Source: a virus
IMG/VR virus record: IMGVR_UViG_3300030503_000223
Length of the DNA stretch: 44,390 bases
Reading direction: 5' to 3' (one strand)
This document shows positions 1 through 7,512 of the stretch, one piece after another (positions within the stretch are counted from its first letter, which is position 1; each line of letters opens with the position of its first letter). A program made the translations under genes and the position numbers. A model generated the notes under the pieces. The model saw only the letters and a program-made list of their open reading frames with translations, did not search any database and was not told the origin of the DNA.

Positions 1-127
1 TCGCCCTCCCCTGCGCGGCGACGAAAGGGAAATTCCTACTTTTCGTCCTTGCCGTTCTTCTCGAAGATTTTGGCGGCTTCTAGACGATCAGGATGGAAGA
101 GCAAGTCCCTAGTCGACCAAATGATCT
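1..127. repeat. Terminal direct repeat, copy 1 (identical to 44264-44390); indicates a circularly closed contig
   Basis: Bases 1-127 match 44264-44390 base for base when read by eye. Confidence 0.9.
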
Positions 128-335
128 GGCCGGACGAGGTGACCGTCGGGGATTCAGAAATCGTGATCTGCCCGCCAGAGGGCTGTATCACAACTTCCGC
201 AGGATTGTTGGCCATAGCTCCAGACCCGCTGCTAAGGTCCGACCATAGTATCTTTAGGGAACGCATAAAGTGTGATAGGTGGCTAGGAAAGGTAAAACTT
301 CCTTCCCGCAAGCAAGTTTCATGCCTAGCTGGCAC
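36..335 (-). CDS. Hypothetical protein, last ORF of the leftward cluster (start uncertain)
   Basis: Open frame of 99 aa. The best internal start is ATG at 215, with GGAG just upstream, which would give 59 aa. No recognisable motif. Partly inside the terminal overlap. Confidence 0.3.
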   Translation of the reverse strand: MPARHETCLREGSFTFPSHLSHFMRSLKILWSDLSSGSGAMANNPAEVVIQPSGGQITISESPTVTSSGQIIWSTRDLLFHPDRLEAAKIFEKNGKDEK

Positions 336-416
336 TACTAAATACTGGGCTCAGATCCACCAAAAACAATCCCGAAGCTCAATAGTAATCTCTTTCCCGC
401 ACCGAGGTGAGCCAAT

Positions 417-680
417 TCATTGTCGGTGGGTTCCCACGCGCGGGGCCATCACGAGATCCCCTTCGCTTGCGGTCGGGAGTGCGATCATGAGGGCCTTGGG
501 GATCGCTTCCTTGCAAGAGGCTTCGTCCTTGAATAGATACGAATCCACATACGTCACTTCGAGCGTCTTGGGTGCGTACCAGTAGACGTGAAGAACGGCG
601 GCATTGCCGAGGGTGCGGGGCTGGTGCTGTTCGTCAGCATTTGCGGTAGCGGCCAGTAAGAGTGCAATCAAGTATTTCAC
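417..680 (-). CDS. Small secreted protein with signal peptide, distal end of the lysis cassette
   Basis: GTG start overlaps the upstream stop (GTGA) and has an AAGGA RBS. The N-terminus KYLIALLLAATANA/DE looks like a signal peptide with an AxA cleavage site. 87 aa. Confidence 0.5.
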   Translation of the reverse strand: MKYLIALLLAATANADEQHQPRTLGNAAVLHVYWYAPKTLEVTYVDSYLFKDEASCKEAIPKALMIALPTASEGDLVMAPRVGTHRQ

Positions 681-1024
681 TGATGTTTCCTTCTCACGTT
701 GATGTCGGCCCCCTCTTCTGCTCTTTCCCACTTGCGCGATTGTTCATCGACGCGGCGTTCAAGATCGTTCACCCTCTCCTGCAGCACCGCGGCTGAGGTG
801 TCGCGTGTGGGCAGGGAATCGATCTTGGTGGTAAGTTCGGCTACGCGCTGCTCGAGGCGATCGATCTTTCCCGTAAGACCTTCCCAGAACGCACCGGCCG
901 CCCACACGAAGCCGATAAAGCTGAACACCGCAAGCACAAACCTGTAGTTGACGGATGCCCATGAGGCGCCCTTCTGGAGCGTCCTTAAGGTCGCCGTGAA
1001 GGTTTCATCGGGCTTGGTATCCAC
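677..1024 (-). CDS. Single-pass membrane protein with coiled-coil tail (lysis-associated, function unknown)
   Basis: 115 aa. One hydrophobic span (FVLAVFSFIGFVWAAGAFW) is followed by heptad-like charged repeats. Sits directly after the spanin pair. Confidence 0.5.
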   Translation of the reverse strand: MDTKPDETFTATLRTLQKGASWASVNYRFVLAVFSFIGFVWAAGAFWEGLTGKIDRLEQRVAELTTKIDSLPTRDTSAAVLQERVNDLERRVDEQSRKWERAEEGADINVRRKHQ

Positions 1025-1502
1025 GAAGCTGCGCGCTCACGGCGTCGGCTCTTGCCGCAAGAAAGTTAAGCAGTCCACCGACATCGGGGCCTGGCCCTGT
1101 CCGTACGCCAGAATCTCGCGAAGGCACCGGCTGAACATTTGTGGGGGCGGCGCTGGGATGGCTAGCTCCGCTGCTACCACCGGTTGCTTGGGGCATGCTT
1201 CCACCATTGGGGGCTTGGTAGCACAGCCGTACATCAGCCACGGGATGAGCATCCCGATAAGCAGCCGCTTCACTTTGTTCCTGCACATAGGCTTTCTCCG
1301 CAGCGTCAGAGCGCTGCTGTAGCTCCATTGTCTTTGCTGCGGCCTCTACTTGCGTCTTCTCATCGTTGGCCGTTTCCTGCGCCTTGTAGCTCGTGAACTG
1401 GTTTTGCAGGTGGCTATAACGCACGTCCTCATAGAGATGTGTGGCGTAGCCACCTACCGCAGCGCAGAGGAGCGCGATGGCGGCGTAGATATACGCGCTC
1501 AT
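1005..1502 (-). CDS. Rz: Inner-membrane spanin subunit (Rz-like i-spanin)
   Basis: N-terminal TM segment (YIYAAIALLCAAVGGYA) and a long charged helical region. Contains a complete lipoprotein ORF in another frame. Located just after the holin. Confidence 0.7.
   Translation of the reverse strand: MSAYIYAAIALLCAAVGGYATHLYEDVRYSHLQNQFTSYKAQETANDEKTQVEAAAKTMELQQRSDAAEKAYVQEQSEAAAYRDAHPVADVRLCYQAPNGGSMPQATGGSSGASHPSAAPTNVQPVPSRDSGVRTGPGPDVGGLLNFLAARADAVSAQLRGYQAR
1037..1288 (-). CDS. Rz1: Outer-membrane lipoprotein spanin subunit (Rz1-like o-spanin), fully embedded in the i-spanin gene
   Basis: ATG with GGAG 9 nt upstream. Basic N-region, hydrophobic core and a lipobox-like LMYGC. The mature part is Pro-rich (KPPMVEACPKQP..IPAPPPQ). 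The ORF is wholly inside 1005-1502 in a different frame. Confidence 0.65.
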   Translation of the reverse strand: MCRNKVKRLLIGMLIPWLMYGCATKPPMVEACPKQPVVAAELAIPAPPPQMFSRCLREILAYGQGQAPMSVDCLTFLRQEPTP

Positions 1503-1750
1503 TGGGGCGGCTCCGGTGGCTTCAGCGTTGCCTGCTTGGCGCGCCAGAAGATGAGGCTGCCGAGGGCTACGCGAAGGCCTGCGTACCAGTGGCCCCCGAT
1601 CAGGGTTGTGATGTCGTGCTCGAACCCCGTTAGGTAGGCGACCACGTCACTGCCGGCAAGGATTACAAGGAAAGCCGAGATGGTCTTCTGGATATGATTG
1701 GCCCAGAAATAGGCCAGCTTGGCTTTGATAGAGGCTAGGAAGGCGTTCAT
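1499..1750 (-). CDS. Putative holin, two TM segments
   Basis: 83 aa from ATG 1750, which overlaps the endolysin stop (ATGA); an alternative ATG lies at 1762. Two hydrophobic spans (ISAFLVILAGSDVVAYL, WYAGLRVALGSLIFW) and a charged C-terminus. Sits between endolysin and spanins. Confidence 0.55.
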   Translation of the reverse strand: MNAFLASIKAKLAYFWANHIQKTISAFLVILAGSDVVAYLTGFEHDITTLIGGHWYAGLRVALGSLIFWRAKQATLKPPEPPQ

Positions 1751-2196
1751 GAATTCACCCATTGGCCACTTGAAAGTATTTGCATTTCGCGCTTAGCGCG
1801 TCCCGGCGTCTGAAACTTGGCCCAATCGCTATCAAGTCCTGCGGCAGCCGCCGCATTCCAGTCCTGAGCGGTCAGGGCTCCCATAAAATCTGGCCAGTTG
1901 AGCGGCTTATCCCCGAGCTGGAAGGTCATAGAGATGAGCGCGGCTTGCTGGTTGTCATTCATTTGGCCCCAGTTGGGGAATTGTCTAGCGGTGTTTTCGG
2001 CTGCCGCCATATCCTTTTCCAACTGTAGGTCGGATTTTAATTGCGTCCATATGAGACCCCGATACAGTGCATCGTTCTCGGCATTTGAAATCCCTAGCGT
2101 GTGCCCATAGCCAATAAACCAGTAGCCCATCGTGTCGATGGCTGCCTCAAGGATGCATCCCTCTTCCTCGGTTATCAGAACTTCCGCGAGACTCAC
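1747..2196 (-). CDS. Endolysin, T4-lysozyme-type (GH24) muramidase
   Basis: [23 protein letters not shown] aligns with T4 lysozyme [41 protein letters not shown] aligns with the T4 AAINMVFQMG..W..QTPNRAKR block. GTG start overlaps the upstream stop (GTGA). Confidence 0.9.
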   Translation of the reverse strand: [149 protein letters not shown]

Positions 2197-2432
2197 TTGG
2201 GCTTCTCCGGCTTTTCCTTCTGCCCGTGGTAAAGCGCGTCTTTCATCTCCTTCTGTTCATCGGCGTAGTAGTCCGCCTCAGCCCTAAGATCGGCAGAACG
2301 CTTGGCATCGGGCTCCTGCATCGCTTCCCGGTGCAGCGTGTCGCTACGCTCGCCCAAGGCGTGCACAGCAGCTTCACCGGTAGACTGACGGATGTGTATC
2401 CAGATCCAGCGGATTAAGTGCTTGACGGTCAT
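2193..2432 (-). CDS. Hypothetical charged protein
   Basis: 79 aa. ATGA-coupled to the tail fibre stop and GTGA-coupled to the endolysin start. Confidence 0.4.
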   Translation of the reverse strand: MTVKHLIRWIWIHIRQSTGEAAVHALGERSDTLHREAMQEPDAKRSADLRAEADYYADEQKEMKDALYHGQKEKPEKPK

Positions 2433-4396
2433 GCGAGAAGGATGCCGCGCGCCTTGAGTGCCAGTAATATCTCGGCCACTGCGCCACTGGTCTGCAGCAA
2501 CGTTGCAGTCGCCCCTGGAAAGTTCGTGGTGATGGTGTTACCCGTCGGAGTGCCGAAGCCGGAAGCATAGGGCGCTACATTGCAGGCCCAACTCGTGCCA
2601 TCCACGCCATTGCCGCCAAATGTCCAATTCGCGGAATTTCCTATGAGGACACAGTTACCGGTGACAGCCGCCACAGCACCCAAGCCGCTGCCGATGTTCA
2701 AAACCATGCTGCCGGTCAGAAGGAAACTCTGTCCTGAGAGCTGACCGGGAATGTTCAGGCCCTGACTCGTGGCCTCACTGATGCGTGATACCCAAAGACC
2801 ATTGAGAGTGACGTTGGCATCATGAGCACCAATCGCTGCCCCCCCTGAAGCATTGGAATAGAGCTTGCAGTCATGGATGGAGATAGCGACGTTCGTCATC
2901 GACGACGCAGCGGCGCCGAAGTAAATGGCATAGGTCGGTAACGTCGCGGCTCGCTCAGTCGAGCAACCGATGAAACTGCAGTCCGAACTGAAGCCGTAGG
3001 TCTGATCAAAGTACACGCCTGACCGACAGCCGTTCGCAGAGCACCACAGGTTACTGGCCCGGAAAGACGCGACTTCATCAAGGCACAAGCAGTCGGAAGT
3101 GTTCGTACCTGAGTTGATAGCCAGGTCTGTGTCAGTGAAGCGGATGACCGTGGTGGAGGCTGGCGTCGGCACCGGGTTGTAAATCGTGGTGAACGGGGAC
3201 GACAGGCCCGCGTTGTTGTTCGCGGTGCAGACTGCCGCTCGCGCCCCGGCAGCGGGGTTGAAGTTATTGAAATAGCACCCGTTCACCAGCAGGTTTTCAG
3301 AACCGAAATTGTAGAAGCAGGCCACCGAGAAATAGCCAACAATCTTGACGCTCTTCAGCTGATTGATGAGGCTGCCGCCGGTGTTGTTGCGGGCCAAAAG
3401 TATCCCGGTCTGTGGAAATAGGTTGCTCGTCGGGATGGCGGTCCCGATAGTGAGATCCTCAAAGATGATGTTGTCATTACCGGTGCAATCAAAGATGGCA
3501 ACGCCGTTGTGCTGGGCAATCACCTGATACGTCTGGTCCTTACCGCCGATGCCGCGCACAAGAACCGGATTCTGGTTGGCACCACCGGTGAACGTACAAT
3601 TGATGGGCGCTGACACAAAGTAGGGTCCGCCTGTCAGTTCCAGTCGACCGCCGGTCTGCGCGATAACGTAATAGGCCGTCTGGATGGCCGACGTCATGTC
3701 GGTAGTGCCTGGCGTTGTGTTCACCGTATAGCGCTCAGGCCGCCCCACGGCTGCAAAGAAATTCGCCACCGAACCGCCATACAGGCCGAACACGGTAGTT
3801 TCGGTCGCCGTCTGCGCGTAAGGCGTGCTTGAACCTAAGAACGTGTTGAACTGTGACTGCGGAGTCACCGCATACATCGCGTTGAAGGTCGCCTGCGTCA
3901 GCGCATTAAGCAGCGGAACTGCGACTGTCGGGAGCCCATTGCTGTCGAATCCGAGCAGCGTATTGGCGCGAGCGGATGCATTCGGCAGCATCGTCCACGG
4001 AGTGAGTTCCGTATCCGGCCCGTGGAAGCCGAACGTCAGAACCTGTCGCACGACGTCCTGCAATGCACGGGTCAGCCGGTCCATGCCGTTGGTGGTGTTC
4101 TCCGGCAGGTAGGCCGTGAGATTCGCAAACTCCGTGGGCTGGATCTCGGGCACCGCGGTGCGCAGGTCGACTGTCGTATTAAGGGGCGGGGCTGTGGTGA
4201 AGGTGACCTGTCCGCCGCCATTAACGCCTACGCCAGATACGGTGTAGCCGGTCGTCTGGAGTTGATACACCCCGCCCGTGATGAAGCCGACGACAAGGTC
4301 GGTGGTGGCGAAGATCTTCCACGGGAAGCTGAAGGTAACGGCCGTGCCGTTGCCTGCGTACTCAACTGGGGAAGAGTTTCCTAGCGCTATAGTCAT
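2429..4396 (-). CDS. Tail fibre / tailspike with predicted right-handed beta-helix body
   Basis: 655 aa. The N-terminal ~110 aa resemble phage tail-fibre anchor domains (VEYAGNGTAVTFSFPWKIF..). The remainder is a Gly/Asn/Thr-rich ladder typical of pectate-lyase-fold spikes. Last structural gene before lysis. Confidence 0.65.
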   Translation of the reverse strand: MTIALGNSSPVEYAGNGTAVTFSFPWKIFATTDLVVGFITGGVYQLQTTGYTVSGVGVNGGGQVTFTTAPPLNTTVDLRTAVPEIQPTEFANLTAYLPENTTNGMDRLTRALQDVVRQVLTFGFHGPDTELTPWTMLPNASARANTLLGFDSNGLPTVAVPLLNALTQATFNAMYAVTPQSQFNTFLGSSTPYAQTATETTVFGLYGGSVANFFAAVGRPERYTVNTTPGTTDMTSAIQTAYYVIAQTGGRLELTGGPYFVSAPINCTFTGGANQNPVLVRGIGGKDQTYQVIAQHNGVAIFDCTGNDNIIFEDLTIGTAIPTSNLFPQTGILLARNNTGGSLINQLKSVKIVGYFSVACFYNFGSENLLVNGCYFNNFNPAAGARAAVCTANNNAGLSSPFTTIYNPVPTPASTTVIRFTDTDLAINSGTNTSDCLCLDEVASFRASNLWCSANGCRSGVYFDQTYGFSSDCSFIGCSTERAATLPTYAIYFGAAASSMTNVAISIHDCKLYSNASGGAAIGAHDANVTLNGLWVSRISEATSQGLNIPGQLSGQSFLLTGSMVLNIGSGLGAVAAVTGNCVLIGNSANWTFGGNGVDGTSWACNVAPYASGFGTPTGNTITTNFPGATATLLQTSGAVAEILLALKARGILLA

Positions 4397-7300
4397 GGTG
4401 CGGCGGCCTCCGCTGGTTGCCGGTCAGCATTGCTAGTTCCGGGTAAATCGAACAAGTCGCCGATTCCATCTTCGGCAGCATTCACGGCGCGGCGGAAATA
4501 CCAGAGGTTCTGGCCAGGGGCCATGCGGCGCAGGAAGTGAAGGTCAGAGCGTCTGAAGGGCAGGTTCTCCTGTCCGGGGAGTCCCTGTCCGCCCGTGGCA
4601 AGGTTTGCAAGGCGCGCGGGGAAGCGGTGCGCCCAGGCATCCCCGAGCATCCCGACCGAGGGCCCGAGGACCGTCTCGTACGGGTCGCGGTCACTCCAGC
4701 GCGATAGATCCTTAAAGCCTGCCATCCAAAGCGCGGGGAAGATCACCTCCCCGGTCCACCCGAGGAGGTTCGACTTATCGAGCACTTCGCCCGCAAGTTT
4801 CCCCGGTGTCGTCTCGATGGGCTGGCCGGCGGCCTTTTGCTTGGCGACGTACGAGAGCGTGCCCATGGCGGTGAGGGCGATCAGGGCTTCGGCCGAGCGC
4901 ACATCCCCGTGGGCTAGTCCCTGCATCAGTGGCATTGCAACAACGCGACTAGCCGCGAATGCAAAGCTCTTGAACTGGGCGACCGCCTTACCCCATTCCG
5001 TTGACATGAATAGCGGGGTATCCCCGACACCGGGACGTAACGTGACGCCGTGGGCTTCCCGCAGGACCGCCGACTCGAACGCTTTAGCGGCCTTCTGATC
5101 CTTCCAGGTATCCGACATCCCGAAACGCAGACCATTGACCTTTCGCCCATTGGCGGTCCCTTCGGTGGCTATACGCCGCAACATGTCTTCATCGAGGCCG
5201 GCGGCGGCGAGCTTCGCGGAAAGATTTCCGTTGACTGCGCGCCCACCGGCTACCCGGTCAGCGACATTCAGGATCTCGTGCTGGGCGAGGGTTGAGGTCA
5301 TCGCCTGCACGAGCGTGATCAGCGGGGTCTCGCCCGTCCCAATCGTGAAAGCTCGAGCCGCCCCCGCTGCGAACCGCTGCTCCAGATACCGGCTGTGCGA
5401 GCCGTAGTCTCCGAGGAGTGAGGCTGAGACATTCATCGTCATATCGATGGCCGCGCCCATGCGCTGCGCTTGCCGCAAGGAGAGCTTCGCCGCTTCCATA
5501 CTGGAGGCGAGCTTCGCCATGGCGGTGAAGGTATTGCCCATCCCGTAGCGAGCGATGACATTGCCGATGTCAGGGAAGTGGGCGAGCGTCGCAGCGCCCA
5601 GGAGCCGCCCGACGTTCGCCTGACGCATGAGACGCCCGGCACGCACGAAGAAAGAGCCGGGGTCCTTGGGCGCGCCATAGATCCCATAGAGCCTGTCGCG
5701 AATGGCGCCCAGGTCCCGCAGTACGCCGTCCCGCTCGTTATCGAGTGAGACCATGCCCTTCTCATCGCCCTGCGCCCTCGCCTGTTCGATCATGTGGGCG
5801 TATTCGTCGGTGATGTCGCCGAACTGGTCTTTGAGGTCCCGGGACCCAAAGCGCTCGGTCATCTCCACTTCCGAGCCCATCGAGCGCAGGTAGGAGTGCG
5901 AAAGATGGTCGATATCGTTGACGAGGAAGGGCTCAAGCTCAGTATCCGGCATCGAGAGCGTGCGTTCCTTCATGTTGTCGGACTTAGGAACGATGCCGTC
6001 CGTCGTGTGCCAGTCCATCGTGCCGCGCTCGCTCCCCCTGACGTTACGGGTGGCGGCGTGCGCCACATCGGTAGCTTCCGCGGGATCTACCCCCTGACCG
6101 ATGAAGTGCGTACGCAGGCGATCAATCCAGTCCTTGTAATTGGCATTGATCTTCTGAATGTCGTACTGGCGGGTCAGGTAGGAGTCCGCATAGAGCTTGG
6201 CCTCCTCGGGGACGAGTCCCGCCTTGGTCGCGCGCTCGTAGAGCGGCTGGAAAATGTTCTTGCGCGTCCACTGAGCGGCCTTCGCAATCTCAGGCACCGC
6301 GCTCTGATCCCCCCGGCGCATGGCCGCAGAGATACCCTCCATAAAGTCCCGGCGGGGCATGGCCTGCTGGCCTTCCTGCTGCATGCGAGTGACGTACTCG
6401 CCAAAGGCGGTCTTCCTCGCCTGCATGCCCTGAACGTGCAGCCCGTCATAGCCCCAGAGGATGCGCTCTACGGGATTAGGATTAGCCGCCCCGCGATAGT
6501 TCTGGGTGAGCGTGCCCGGGAGGTTCGCCAGCTCGGTGAGCGTCTCGCGAGCCTTGACCGACTGGCTGCCCATGATCCTGCCGCCGGGCGTGACCTGACC
6601 TACGGTTGCTGTCAGCGTCTGTGCCCCGCGCGCGGTAGTCAGCCCCTCTTTCGTGGGCTGACTCGCCGCAGCTGCGCCCATCGTCGACTGCTCTTCGGGG
6701 TTAACGTAGGCGGGCTCCCCGGGGAGCGAGCCCTCAAGATGGGTCTGCTGCGCGGGCTCTACGCCCTCTGCCGGCTCATGCTTGGGTATCTCGCCATCGA
6801 CTGTGGCATCCAGCGCGCTACGTTGCTCGGGGCCCATCATCTTATCGCCCTCACCCTTGAGTTCTGGTGCGAGGTTGGTGCGCAGCCGCTCAAGCGTGCG
6901 GTTAGGGGCGGTGCGCGCAATACCCCCCAAGAGGCCTCCCAGGACCGCGCCAGCGCCTACATTCAATGCAGACTCACCGAACGTGCGCGTCTCGGATAAC
7001 TGATGGCTGACGAGCTCCTGACCTGCCGTGGTGGCAGCGTTGGTGAGCCCCCACCGCAACATGTTGCCGAGGCGTGTCGGCGCAGCCTCCGGAACCAGCG
7101 CCATCGTGGCGAGTGTCAGGGGATCTGTGGCGCCCGCTGCAAGACTCGCCGCCACGCCCCTGGCGCCCCCGCGTGCGATCACGCCCTGATCCGTCCGCTC
7201 GGAATCAATCTGCCGCTTCTCCTGCTCTATCTGCTCAGGGTTGGTGGCGTGTAGAAAGCGCGAACCGTAATCGTGCAGGTAGCCAGCCGGGATGTGATCG

Positions 7301-7512
7301 ATGGGATTAAACCCGGGTTGCGCTTTACCTGATGGGAATAGCGTGTCGTTAGACCACCGGTCGTAGAGTTGGCCTGCGATGTTGCCGGTACGCTCGGCAG
7401 AGGCCATCACGTCCAGGGTGTCAGGGGCTGGCTGCGCCTGCTCGGGAGGTGGGGCGGGGAACCGCGGTAATGCTGCGTCCGTAGGATCTGCGCTGGAGTC
7501 CAGAACTGGCAT
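4393..7512 (-). CDS. Large internal virion / ejection protein (position of T7 gp16-like core protein)
   Basis: 1039 aa. ATGA-coupled. Third of three consecutive genes between the tail tubular B gene and the fibre, as in podovirus ejectosome modules. No catalytic motif recognised. Confidence 0.5.
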   Translation of the reverse strand: MPVLDSSADPTDAALPRFPAPPPEQAQPAPDTLDVMASAERTGNIAGQLYDRWSNDTLFPSGKAQPGFNPIDHIPAGYLHDYGSRFLHATNPEQIEQEKRQIDSERTDQGVIARGGARGVAASLAAGATDPLTLATMALVPEAAPTRLGNMLRWGLTNAATTAGQELVSHQLSETRTFGESALNVGAGAVLGGLLGGIARTAPNRTLERLRTNLAPELKGEGDKMMGPEQRSALDATVDGEIPKHEPAEGVEPAQQTHLEGSLPGEPAYVNPEEQSTMGAAAASQPTKEGLTTARGAQTLTATVGQVTPGGRIMGSQSVKARETLTELANLPGTLTQNYRGAANPNPVERILWGYDGLHVQGMQARKTAFGEYVTRMQQEGQQAMPRRDFMEGISAAMRRGDQSAVPEIAKAAQWTRKNIFQPLYERATKAGLVPEEAKLYADSYLTRQYDIQKINANYKDWIDRLRTHFIGQGVDPAEATDVAHAATRNVRGSERGTMDWHTTDGIVPKSDNMKERTLSMPDTELEPFLVNDIDHLSHSYLRSMGSEVEMTERFGSRDLKDQFGDITDEYAHMIEQARAQGDEKGMVSLDNERDGVLRDLGAIRDRLYGIYGAPKDPGSFFVRAGRLMRQANVGRLLGAATLAHFPDIGNVIARYGMGNTFTAMAKLASSMEAAKLSLRQAQRMGAAIDMTMNVSASLLGDYGSHSRYLEQRFAAGAARAFTIGTGETPLITLVQAMTSTLAQHEILNVADRVAGGRAVNGNLSAKLAAAGLDEDMLRRIATEGTANGRKVNGLRFGMSDTWKDQKAAKAFESAVLREAHGVTLRPGVGDTPLFMSTEWGKAVAQFKSFAFAASRVVAMPLMQGLAHGDVRSAEALIALTAMGTLSYVAKQKAAGQPIETTPGKLAGEVLDKSNLLGWTGEVIFPALWMAGFKDLSRWSDRDPYETVLGPSVGMLGDAWAHRFPARLANLATGGQGLPGQENLPFRRSDLHFLRRMAPGQNLWYFRRAVNAAEDGIGDLFDLPGTSNADRQPAEAAAP

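Noticed and set aside
49-585. 178-aa plus-strand ORF at the left end, with a TTG start.
   Set aside because: It is antisense to two minus-strand ORFs, has a TTG start without an RBS, and has no motif. It is inconsistent with the uniform leftward organisation of this arm.
5794-6999. Long plus-strand ORF (401 aa) antisense to the 1039-aa internal virion gene. Similar cases are 10057-10926, 13838-14794, 17396-18121 and 24313-25062.
   Set aside because: All lie wholly inside recognisable minus-strand genes and have Arg/Gly/His/Leu-rich, motif-free translations with no RBS context. This is typical of spurious antisense open frames in GC-rich coding DNA.
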